This document shows positions 53,505 to 63,735 of a DNA stretch of 63,782 nucleotides, in pieces. Position numbers and translations under genes: made by a program. The stretch covers positions 186,566,494-186,630,275 of the forward strand of contig NC_068981.1 of the NCBI RefSeq assembly GCF_001194135.2. Direction: 5' to 3'. Position 1 is the stretch's first letter, and every line of letters starts with the position of its first letter. This DNA comes from Octopus bimaculoides. Taxonomy: Eukaryota. The notes under the pieces are model-generated. The model was not told the origin of the DNA. It saw only the letters and a program-made list of their open reading frames with translations, and searched no databases.

Positions 53505-53685
53505 ACCGTTAGCGCATCGGATACAATGCCTTGTAGTATTTAGTTAGGGTTCTTTACATTCCGAGATCAAATTCCGCCGTGGTTAACTTTGCCTTTCATC
53601 CTTTCGGGGCTGATAACGTACGGTACCAGTCAAGCACAGGGAACCCCTCCAAACATTGTTGTACTTGTGCTTAAATTAAAGAAAA
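53505..53685 (+). mobile_element. SINE family D
   Basis: TAAGGCGGCGAATTGAC head and AAATTCCGCCG..GGT.AACTTTGCCTTTCATCCTTTCGGGG body. Confidence 0.85.
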
Positions 53686-53962
53686 TGGTCACTTTTTGAA
53701 AGCGGATGTCTTAGTTGTTTGTGTGTTGGATCCAAGATCATCAGGCGATTTGACCACATATTGTGTTCTTGAGCAAGACACTTCATTTCTCGTTGTTCTA
53801 AGTGCACTAAGCTGAAAATGGTCAACAGTGAGTAACATAGTAAAATATGTAAAAGTGGTTCCTGGAGATTCATCCTACGAGGAAATGATGTCCCATTCAG
53901 CTTTAGTCTTGTACTCTAAATATAAATACCTTGAAAATCCGAACACTGTAGCCTCGAAACAG

Positions 53963-53963
53963 A

Positions 53964-54054
<91 letters not shown>

Positions 54055-54092
54055 TTGTTACTATTATTGTTGTTGTTGTTGTTGTTGTTGTT
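53963..54092. repeat. Compound triplet microsatellite (ATT)n(AGT)n(GTT)n
   Basis: Direct read. Confidence 0.97.
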
Positions 54093-54420
54093 TTACTTCT
54101 CAGAACGTTCGATCTTGTTTGTTCTGGAAGATTCTGTGAGAGCGGACAGCAGCCTGCTATCAGAGGTCTCACATGGTCTCTTTCCGCACAATATAAGCTT
54201 TGAAACTTGGTTCTTAATTATCGTGGGAGACCTTCAACTTCCAAGTACGAATCTCAAAATCCTAGCTGTCCTCATAACAGCAAGTTCTGGGGCCTGCTCT
54301 GCTCTCATGTCAATTCCGATTTCTCTGACATATTTCTCGAACTTAGCTCTCCTCATAATCCACATTCTTGCAATTTCGTCTTTTAATAGTCTGTACTTTT
54401 CAGTCTTTTCTATGACTATT
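54092..54420 (-). mobile_element. RLE-type (Dong/R4-like) non-LTR retrotransposon 3' end
   Basis: ORF 54234-54425(-) EKTEKYRLLKDEIARMWIMRR…KYVREIGIDMRAEQAPELAVMRTARILRFVLGS*, followed by a 3' UTR-like stretch. Confidence 0.75.
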
Positions 54421-55332
54421 ATCATTATTACTATTATTATTATTTTTTATTATTATTCCACCGAAGTCGATTTTGTCTTATATCCTTTCGGGGGGTCGGT
54501 AAATTAAGTATCAATGAAACACTGGGGTCGATGTAATCGACTTATCCCCTCCCCAAAAATGGCTGCCCTTGTGGCAAAATTAGTAGTAGCAGTAGTAAGA
54601 CGAGCTGGCAGAATCGTTAGCACGCCGGACAAAATACCAAGCGGCATTTCGTCCGTGTCTACGTTCTGAGTTCAAATTCCGCCGTGGTCGATTTGCCTTT
54701 TATCCTGGTCGATGAATTAAGTACCAGTGAAACACTGGGGTCGATGTAGCCGACTCATCCACTTTCCCTTGAGGCAAAATTCGAAACCATTATCATTCGT
54801 AGTAGTTACAGCAGCAGCAGGAGGAGAATTGCTGTTGTTATTGTTATTTATTTTTTTAGTTAGATGAATTAGGTTCATTTCTTGCAATCCAAAGAAATGG
54901 ATGCAACAGGAGAGCGCGGAGCGAAATATAACAAATATTCCAAATTAACGAAATACCAAATGAAAAAGCTCTAAATACATTAATGGCCCTGGGTATGACT
55001 GTTTCCTGTAACGCACCATGTCTGGTCTATACTTCCATTTGACTTGTCAATACAAAGAATGGTCGTATAACATTCCAGTTGAAGAAGTTACAAATGAGAT
55101 AATGAACACACATCTTACATGCTATAGTGTTTACGAGTCAATAGATAAGTCGATGCAATCTTTTAGATTATCAACTTGCTTATTCACGACAGTCAGTATT
55201 TCGATATCAGTTATATATTTATTATTGCCGTTTATATAGTGGTTAATGAGGTCAAGATTGTTGAGTGTTACTTGGTAATCCATGGTATGATAAACTTTAT
55301 ATATTTGTTGTAGTGAAATAGTACACTCTTTC

Positions 55333-55560
55333 TCACGTGACAAGCAGGATGAGAGCCACTGTAAAGACAGTCAGTCAGTAGTAGTAGTAGAGTCGTTGTA
55401 CGAGTGTCTCAGTTGGAGTTAGTATCAGTTACGTGATATATACGAGTTCGAGTTACCGTCAAGGTAGTCGTTTCGAAGTCATCGTCTTGCGGAGCTACTA
55501 GTGATAGCACGATAGACGATCAAAAGATACGATGCGAATATTACAGTGCCGACAGTAACA
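55333..55560 (+). promoter_or_regulatory. CpG-rich promoter or 5'UTR-like segment with a palindromic E-box
   Basis: TCACGTGA at 55333-55340, TCAGT motifs, and about 15 CpG in 55380-55560 within AT-rich flanks. Confidence 0.25.
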
Positions 55561-55572
55561 TACAAGTGGACG

Positions 55573-55901
55573 GAAGGCGCGTGGCGTAGTGGTTAGGGCA
55601 TTCGGCTCACGACCTTACGGTCGTGAGTTCGATTACCGGCGACGCGTTGTGTCCTTGAGCAAGACTCTTTATTTCACGTTGCTCCAGTCCACTCAGCTGG
55701 CAAAAATGAGTAGTACTAGTATTTCAAAGGGCCGGCATTGTCAAACTCTGTGTCACGCTGAATCTCCCTGAGAACTACGTTAAGGGTACACGTGTCTGTG
55801 GATTGCTCAGTCACTTGCACGTTCATTTCACGAGCAAGCTGTTCTGTCGATCGTATCAGCTGGGACCCTCGTCGTCGTAACCGACGGAGTGTTCCTCATC
55901 C
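55573..55901 (+). mobile_element. SINE family B (B head and core plus A-type tail), full length with 12-bp target-site duplication
   Basis: A-box TGGCGTAGTGG, B-box GAGTTCGATT and TGTGTCCTTGAGCAAGAC core. TACAAGTGGACG at 55561-55572 and 55902-55913. Confidence 0.95.
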
Positions 55902-58011
55902 TACAAGTGGACGAGGATCCACATTATAAAAGTAGCGACGAGGATGAGATAATTCACGCGGACAACATTGAATTTTTTTTTTTTTTTTTTTTCACGAGAA
56001 CATAAATAATTTATGCGGACAACGTTGAAATATTTTTCACGTGGAGAAATTAAAAACTCGACAATATCATATCTACATGGCCACTAAGGTGGTGAGCTGT
56101 CAGAAACGTTAGCACGCCGGGCAAAATGCTTATCGCCGAGGTCGACTTTGTCTTTCATCCTTTCAGGGTCGATAAATTAAGTATCCGTGAGATACTGGGG
56201 TCGATGGAATTGACTTATCCCTTCCCCCAAAATGACTACCCTTGTGGCAAAATTTGAAGCCATTACGGTGGCGAGCTGACAGAATCGTTAGCACTCCGGG
56301 CAAAATGTTTATCGGTATTTCGTCTGTCGTTACCTTCTGATTTAAAATACCACCGAGTTCGACTTCGCTTTTGCTTTGGAGGTCGTTAAAAAAAGATACC
56401 AGTTAGATGCTAAGGTTGACGTAATCACTTTCTCATTCGCCCGAAATTGCTGGCCCTGTGCCAAAAATTAGAAAGAAAACGAATTAATAAGTATATCCAC
56501 AAGGTGCTAACTATTTTCTACAAATATGCTCTAAGATCAACTCGTAATAGAATAAAAGTACGTAGTAGGTGGGACTGGTCTTACCTTCCATGTAGTGTGA
56601 TTCACGTTTCTATTAGTGAACACAAGGGTAATGGACATAGAACAAAGAGAAAGTCAAAAATGCGATCACATTCAAACGCTTTATTGGATTTTTTTTTACT
56701 TGAATCTATGGGCCTGAGAGTAATATCAATATATTTGCCTGCTTTTTATCCTTACTGCAGAGATGTCCTCTGTCGTGATCTTCCACAGTTTTCATAAACA
56801 AGACATGCAGAACAATCAAATATGCTTTAGTTATGTAATCACCTGCGTTATATACAGTATTATTATGGAGCACTTTTGCCTTTATTGTTATGTTCAGCTG
56901 CACTGTAGGAGTTGACAGTCGATTCAAAGAAGTCGGTCATTTACTAAAATGCAATAGCATAGTACCAATGTATTGAAATATGTAATAATACGAAGGCGAC
57001 GAGCTGGCAGAAACGTTAGCACGCCGGGCGAAATGCTTAGCGGTATTTCGTGTCTTTAAGTTCTGAGTTCAAATTCCACCGAGGTCAACTTTGCATTTCA
57101 TCCTTTCGGGGTCGATTAAATGAGTACCAGTTACGCACTGGGGTCGATCTAATCCACTTAATCCGTTTGTCTGTCCTTGTTTGTCCCCTCTGTGTGTAGC
57201 CCCTTGTGGGCAGTAAAGAAATAAGAAACGTTAGCACGCAGGGTGAAATGCTTAGTGGTATTTCATGTGACTTTCCGTTCTGGCTTCAAATTCTGCCCGA
57301 GTCGACTTTGCCTTTCATTGACTTTGCCGAAGTNNNNNNNNNNNNNNNNNNNNNNNNNNNNNNNNNNNNNNNNNNNNNNNNNNNNNNNNNNNNNNNNNNN
57401 NNNNNNNNNNNNNNNNNNNNNNNNNNNNNNNNNNNNNNNNNNNNNNNNNNNNNNNNNNNNNNNNNNNNNNNNNNNNNNNNNNNNNNNNNNNNNNNNNNNN
57501 NNNNNNNNNNNNNNNNNNNNNNNNNNNNNNNNNNNNNNNNNNNNNNNNNNNNNNNNNNNNNNNNNNNNNNNNNNNNNNNNNNNNNNNNNNNNNNNNNNNN
57601 NNNNNNNNNNNNNNNNNNNNNNNNNNNNNNNNNNNNNNNNNNNNNNNNNNNNNNNNNNNNNNNNNNNNNNNNNNNNNNNNNNNNNNNNNNNNNNNNNNNN
57701 NNNNNNNNNNNNNNNNNNNNNNNNNNNNNNNNNNNNNNNNNNNNNNNNNNNNNNNNNNNNNNNNNNNNNNNNNNNNNNNNNNNNNNNNNNNNNNNNNNNN
57801 NNNNNNNNNNNNNNNNNNNNNNNNNNNNNNNNNNNNNNNNNNNNNNNNNNNNNNNNNNNNNNNNNNNNNNNNNNNNNNNNNNNNNNNNNNNNNNNNNNNN
57901 NNNNNNNNNNNNNNNNNNNNNNNNNNNNNNNNNNNNNNNNNNNNNNNNNNNNNNNNNNNNNNNNNNNNNNNNNNNNNNNNNNNNNNNNNNNNNNNNNNNN
58001 NNNNNNNNNNN

Positions 58012-58044
<33 letters not shown>

Positions 58045-58051
<7 letters not shown>

Positions 58052-58205
58052 GACGGGCTTCCACACAGTTAGGTCTACCAAATTCCCTTATCAGGAATTG
58101 GGGCTATAAAAGAAAACTCATGCCCAATGTGCTGCGCAGTGGAACTGAACGCAAAGCACGTCGTTTTACAGCGGGCTTGTTAACCGTACATGCATGCTTG
58201 CGCCT
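58045..58205 (-). mobile_element. SINE family C head half
   Basis: TACGACGGGCTT…TCTACCAAATTC…GTGGAACTGAAC, adjacent to (TA)n and a gap. Confidence 0.7.
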
Positions 58206-58291
58206 ATACAGTGAACTAATAAATATTATCATTAATATCGTTACCACGTGTAGCAGTGTTATTATCGTGGAGTCTTTCATTGTTATGCACC

Positions 58292-58332
<41 letters not shown>

Positions 58333-59364
58333 TGAAACCAACATTCCGATTGCTCCCTTTGGCTCTACCACACTTGATTTCAATAGTTAATACCGCAGAA
58401 AAAGTTTTGTGAACAACAAAACTTCCATATTTCTCTTCTAAAATTCTCAAGTTTTCGACTATGTAAAAAAAAAAAAAGAAACGAACCAGACATATACAAT
58501 ATTATTACTATTAGTTTTATTCTAATTATTAGCTTTAAACAAATAATTAGCAAACTTTTACAGTTATCTACTTAGACAAGAAGATTAAACTGCTTTAAAA
58601 AAAATAAATAATTGTACCGTTTTCCTTTCTTTACCGAGTTGAAACCACCTCGATGCATATTAAGCAGGTATTTCTTAGGTTATTATATCTTAAAACAGAG
58701 TAAATTACATTGTTGTGTAGTAACGTTTTTTTTATGTATGCAGACGTAACAGACAACCAAAGAGCCCTCCTTGCTGCTACTGCAAAGTAAAACAGCTAAG
58801 CGGCGATGTGAGAAGATCCAATTTTACCGATGCTAAACATAGTATTTCTACATCAACAATAATTACTTTCAACGGGATTGTTACCATGTTTCTAAACCAA
58901 TTTGAAATGAAGAACTAAAGAACAAATTTGAAAAGAACAAAATATAACAAAAAAAAATATGATAAATAAACTTTGGGAGAAAACTCAAGCTTCAGCCATG
59001 GGAAACGAAGGTATACGGTTGTAAGAGAAAATAAATCAGTCTGCAAATTGAATTTACGTTCAGGTAATGACTTTAAAGAAACGACAAGTGGGAAGACGAC
59101 TCGGTTAAAGAAGAAATTTTCGCTATAAAAAGTGTTTCGGGGTTTCAATTAGTTGGAAGGGAGATAGTTATGTAGACACAAAATTATATATGTATATTTA
59201 TATATGCGTGTGTGTGTGCGTTTATGTATAAACATACAGATATATGTGTGTATATATATATGTGTGTGTGTGTGTGTGCAAGTGTTCAGATATATGTACT
59301 TACGTATATTTATATGTGCATATGGATGTGTATATACGTATTAACAAAATGCATATGTGTGTGC

Positions 59365-59416
<52 letters not shown>

Positions 59417-59536
59417 ATGTGCGTATATATAAATATATATATAACAAATACAGTTGCATATATACATATATATCTATATATATATAAAGAGAGAGAGAGA
59501 GAGATAAATAGGTCTATACACACGCACAATAGATCT

Positions 59537-59582
<46 letters not shown>

Positions 59583-59689
59583 ACAAATACTCTCACGAAG
59601 ATTTCTATATCCGAATATAAAAGTGTTCAGTTGCATGAGTGTATGCAGTTTCAAACAAAGTAAGAGTCCTCAATACTAGAGCTGAATGA

Positions 59690-59880
59690 GTTATTCTTTT
59701 CCACTTTAGGAACAAGGCTCGAAATTTGGGAGAGGGAGCCAGTCAATTAGATCGAATCCAGTACGCAACTGATACTTAATTTATTGACCCCGAAAGGATG
59801 AAAGGCAAAGTCGACCTCGGTGGAATTTGAATACTGCTTAGCATTTCGCCCGGCGTGCTAACGTTTCTGTCAGCTCACCT
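59690..59880 (-). mobile_element. SINE family D
   Basis: CCCCGAAAGGATGAAAGGCAAAGTCGACCTCGGTGGAATTTGAA…GCATTTCGCCCGGCGTGCTAACG. Confidence 0.9.
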
Positions 59881-59888
59881 TATATATA

Positions 59889-60533
59889 TGCACCAACTTT
59901 TGCCAAAAGCTTGTTTATCCCTGCTCAGTGGCCAACGCAAACTTTTTCAAAATAGTTTTCATCGTCCTCAACACAATCAAGGAGATCTTGTGCAGCTGAA
60001 AGCAGTTTTAGCACAAGTTTGGCAGACATGCGTCTCATGCACAAATGTTCTGTGATAATGGACTGAACTGAACCGTAACTAATCTGCACATCCTCTGATA
60101 ACTCACGGATGGTGATTCGACGATTTCCCCTCACAGCTGCACGCACACTCGAGATTTTTTCAGTCCTGCTAGTAGCGGGTCTTCGAGAACGTTCGTCAAT
60201 GTCGACATTTTTGGGGCCATTTTGGAAACGTTTGAACCACACGATCACTTGTGTGTAGCTCATACACTGCTTTCCATACACTTTCTGCAAATCTGCGTAG
60301 GCCTTTGAGCACTTATCTCTGCTCAACTTCCTCTCTCATGGTCAATGCGACGATAACACGCTACACACCTTCCTTCCAAGCACTGTTGTAAACAGCGGAA
60401 GTGAACTAGAAGGTTAAAACTTAGTGCGCATGCACTGCAGAATTCAATGTCAATCTTTTCCAAGCGGTTTCACTCTGCGTATTTTAGCGTCCTTAGTATA
60501 ACAACAGTCCGGATACTTATTGATCAGACCTTG
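59889..60533 (-). mobile_element. Mariner-family transposon remnant (transposase N-terminal HTH region plus one terminal repeat)
   Basis: ORF 59925-60326(-) …VYGKQCMSYTQVIVWFKRFQNG..NVDIDERSRRP…RRITIRELSEDVQISYGSVQSIITEHLCMRRMSAKLV matches the mariner transposase N-terminus. End TA|CAAGGTCTGATCAATAAGTATCCGGAC. No DD34D domain is present. Confidence 0.9.
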
Positions 60534-61084
60534 TACTTCCTTGCTTCACTCTAACATAACTGACTGCATCAGATACTTCACGCTATCTTCAATGACACAT
60601 CTTTCTTATAAGTAGCAGACATTGTTTTCTCCAGAATATAATAAACTTAGAGACAGAAAACAAAAAATAATACGTAAGAATGTCTGTAAAAATGGAACAG
60701 TCTTTTATTACCTGGAACAAAAATGACATTTAAACGCACATATGTCTGTTTGCACAGCTTTAAGAACAGCATTCTCTTCTCGTTTTATTATTAATATTAT
60801 CTTTACTGTTATTGACGAGGAAGCGGGGTGGTTGTTTGTTTGCAGTTCTCAGTCAAGACAGCAAACAAACAGCAATATTTCTCGTGACTTTCTCACCATA
60901 GAAGGAGACATATATATATATATATATATGTGTGTGTGTATGTGTGTGTGTACATACGTGTGCGTGTATACACACACTTATGCACATACATATATCATGC
61001 ATACACCAAAGCAGAGACACGCTTATTGCTTATTCCACTTACAATATTATTAGAAGTTTTGTTGCTCGCAGAAGTAACATCAGC

Positions 61085-61150
61085 AGTAAACTGGTGATGA
61101 CGATGATGATGAGGAGGTGGAAGATAATGATGATGATGATGATGATGATG

Positions 61151-61231
<81 letters not shown>

Positions 61232-61260
61232 GTAATAATAATAATAATGATAATGATATA
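61085..61260. repeat. Compound (GAT)n(AAT)n microsatellite
   Basis: Direct read. It abuts the RLE LINE fragment at 61262. Confidence 0.97.
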
Positions 61261-61261
61261 G

Positions 61262-61519
61262 ATCCGAGCTAATTGGATAAAAACCAAGATAGACAAAGGC
61301 CTGGTAGATTCCTAATGTAGTTTATGTAAATCAAAAGAGGATAGTGTTATTCATATAGTAAGAAGGCTGGCACAGAAAGAATACAAGAAAATACATGACA
61401 ATCTAGGAAGAGTAACCTCCTGGGAGTTATGTAGAATGCTAGGATTTGAACATACTGATAAATAGTATGAACATGAACCTAGTAAAGTACGAAAAATTGA
61501 GAAATATAAGATGTTGCGG
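61262..61519 (+). mobile_element. RLE-type (Dong/R4-like) LINE fragment, CCHC zinc-knuckle region
   Basis: IRANWIKTKIDKGLVDS*CSLCKSKEDSVIHIVRRLAQKEYKKIHDNLGRVTSWELCRMLGFEHTDK*YEHEP. This is the typical C-x2-C…H…LAQxEYKxRHD…WEL…YEHxP region upstream of the RLE. The last Cys is lost. Confidence 0.8.
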
Positions 61520-61769
61520 GTCAGAGTAAGCTTGGATCTGTGGCATTCTTTGATTGGTCTAAGTTAGAGTTCTTTTTTCCTGTATCAGGAGGATTGCATC
61601 ATTCATACTATCTCATACTTTGTATACACTGTATAGTTTAATCGCATTCCGCCATCTTTTCTATTTCTTTCTCCTCGTCTTTTATTTAAATCCCCACACA
61701 AATTATCTGTCTTTGTGATGTCCCTCTCATTTGGCTAATAAAAGAAGTTATTACTATCATTATATTGAG

Positions 61770-61960
61770 GCCACAAAAACAGCAATATTTAGGTAAGGAA
61801 CTAAGTCGATATCAATGATTCCAAAACTTGACTGATGCTTTATTTCATCAACCTCGAGAAGGTGAAAAGCAAAGTTGACCTCAGTGGGGCTTGAACCCAG
61901 CCGCAACCAATGCCGGAAAACATTTACCTGACGTTATAACGATTCTGCCAGCTTGCCTAG
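61770..61960 (-). mobile_element. SINE family D, decayed
   Basis: GAAAAGCAAAGTTGACCTCAG…TAACGATTCTGCCAGCTTGCC. Confidence 0.75.
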
Positions 61961-62368
61961 TTATTATTATATGCATAACAATAATAATAATGACGATGAT
62001 GATGCTTAGAATGCACACAGTTAGGATTAGTGTAAGCAGGGATCAAAGATGAAACCAGATATACATGGGATTAGAACAGATTTAGGAAGAAATAAAATAA
62101 CTGCAGGAAACAGTATTTATTCAACTTCAGTCTGTCCTAATATATGTAGATTTTGGAAATAAAGTAAGTTATTTAGAGTTGACAGAGTTGAAACATGAAA
62201 ATATTCGTTTGCTGAACTTTGAAAATTGCTTACGTAATTGTTCGTCTGATTCTTATAATTGTATTCATGTTTGAAAATATCTGACTTTAAAATAGATTAT
62301 AATGTAATTTAAAAGGTAGTATGTTTATTAAAGTAATACTCTTATAATACGTATTATTTTATATGTGC

Positions 62369-62520
62369 AGGCGCGTGGTTTAGTGGTTAGGGTGTTGGAC
62401 TCACGATCGTAAGATTGTGGTTTCGTTTCCTGGATCGGGCGATGCGTTGTGTTTCTGAGCAAAACACTTCACTTCGAGTTGTTCCAGTCCACTCAGCTGT
62501 AGAAATGAGTTCATCCTGGA
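62369..62520 (+). mobile_element. SINE family B head and core with a different tail
   Basis: GCGCGTGGTTTAGTGGTTAGGG…GATCGTAAG…GAGCAAAACACTT…CCAGTCCACTCAGCTG, then unrelated sequence. Confidence 0.85.
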
Positions 62521-62796
62521 GAGGGGGATGGGCACTGCCCTAAGTACGCGGCATGACTGTAACACCACGGCTAACCCAAAGGGATTAAGGGACTTACAAA
62601 TCGCCAAAGTTATATTATATATAATATGGCTTTGTGATTAAAGAGTTCGCTTTGCAAGCAGGTAGTATCGGATTCAGTCTCGCTGCTTTTGATTCTCTTG
62701 GTTGGTTTTTAGGATTTAGGCTAGAAGTTTGATGCATCTAAATTTATATACATTATTTACATTTGACAGATATTTGTCCTCATCTTGTTTGTTGTT

Positions 62797-62842
62797 AACA
62801 TAACGTTCCAGCTGATATACTTTCCAGCCTTCATCAGGTATC
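62797..62842 (-). ncRNA. Minimal type I hammerhead ribozyme motif, left arm (mutated)
   Basis: GATAC-CTGATGA-A-GGCTG-gaaagtatat-CAGCT-GGAA-CGTT-ATGTT. The ACGU palindrome is intact and GAAA is changed to GGAA. Confidence 0.6.
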
Positions 62843-62962
62843 CTGAGGAAATTTCGAACCTGGGTTCTCATTCCTAAGGTATTTTTCCGATGTTATTACT
62901 ATTACTATTATTATTCAGAAATCGGAATCTTGGGGTTAGTAGCCCGCGCTCTTAACCACATA

Positions 62963-63026
62963 TGCCCGTGGCATAGTGGTTAAGAGCGTGGGCTACTAAC
63001 CCCAAAATTTTGAGTTCGATTCCAGG
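62963..63026 (+). promoter_or_regulatory. tRNA-derived Pol III internal promoter (SINE head)
   Basis: A-box TGGCATAGTGG (62969-62979), anticodon-like loop GGG-CTACTAA-CCC and B-box GAGTTCGATTC (63012-63022). Not a complete tRNA cloverleaf. Confidence 0.75.
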
Positions 63027-63034
63027 CATTGGCC

Positions 63035-63076
<42 letters not shown>

Positions 63077-63124
63077 TCGGAAAACTATCTTAGAAATGAG
63101 AACCCAGGTTCGAAATTTCCCCAG

Positions 63125-63170
63125 GACACCTGATGAAGGCTGTGGGATATATCAGCCGAAACACTGTGTT
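63125..63170 (+). ncRNA. Minimal type I hammerhead ribozyme motif, right arm (mutated at helix III)
   Basis: GACAC-CTGATGA-A-GGCTG-tgggatatat-CAGCC-GAAAC-ACT-GTGTT. The core, helix II (GGCTG/CAGCC) and helix I (GACAC/GTGTT) are intact. Confidence 0.7.
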
Positions 63171-63735
63171 AAAAACAGACAAGACGAGAACAAATATCCG
63201 TGAAGTGTAAATAATGTACATAATTCCTTATCTCTCAAATATAGAACTGTATGTAGATTTATGTTACATAAAAACACATTTCACACGGAAATGCAACAAC
63301 GTATGTACATATGTTTTTCCGCGCGCGTGCATGTATGTATGTGTAACTACGAATATATATAATCCATAGTAATTGTAATACAGAAGAAATAAAAGGCAGA
63401 GAGTATATATGAAGATTAATATTAAATAGCCGGTTTCAAACCTATATGAGGTCCAAATGCCTGTTTTGAGGGACGTGGAGCTGCGTCGCAAATTTCAATT
63501 TCGTTCCACTTCTCCGATTCTATTGCACATTTGTAGATAGATTTTGTTCAGTTTGTGTATACTTCTAGTAGGCTATTTCGAATTCCAGGCGAAACGTTTT
63601 TAAAGGGACCTCCTTTTCACAAAATTCTGAAACTACCAGCGTTTAATAATAAACATACATTAAATATGTGATATTCATAATATTTATATTTACATATCTA
63701 AACACACACACACACACATATTTATAAACATATAT

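Larger units (their letters stand above)
54457..57333 (+). mobile_element. Cluster of six same-strand SINE family D copies
   Basis: Copies at 54457-54580, 54597-54790, 56085-56265, 56266-56470, 56993-57215 and 57226-57333. Confidence 0.9.
62749..63218. mobile_element. ~470-bp fold-back element: tRNA-derived head, (AAT)n, hammerhead-bearing tail, duplicated head-to-head
   Basis: 62749-62966 is the reverse complement of 62970-63218 apart from scattered mismatches, the (AAT)n length and a ~15-nt gap near the head. The symmetry centre is the CGT loop at 62967-62969. Confidence 0.92.

Noticed and set aside
54457-57333. Regularly recurring repeats as a CRISPR-like array
   Set aside because: Eukaryotic DNA. 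The units are 120-220 bp diverged SINEs with irregular spacing and there are no cas genes.
61520-61745. Possible inverted continuation of the RLE LINE fragment
   Set aside because: I could not recover convincing RLE motifs on either strand.
52340-63026. tRNA-like A/B-box sequences as true tRNA genes
   Set aside because: All are SINE heads with broken cloverleaves, attached to repeat bodies.
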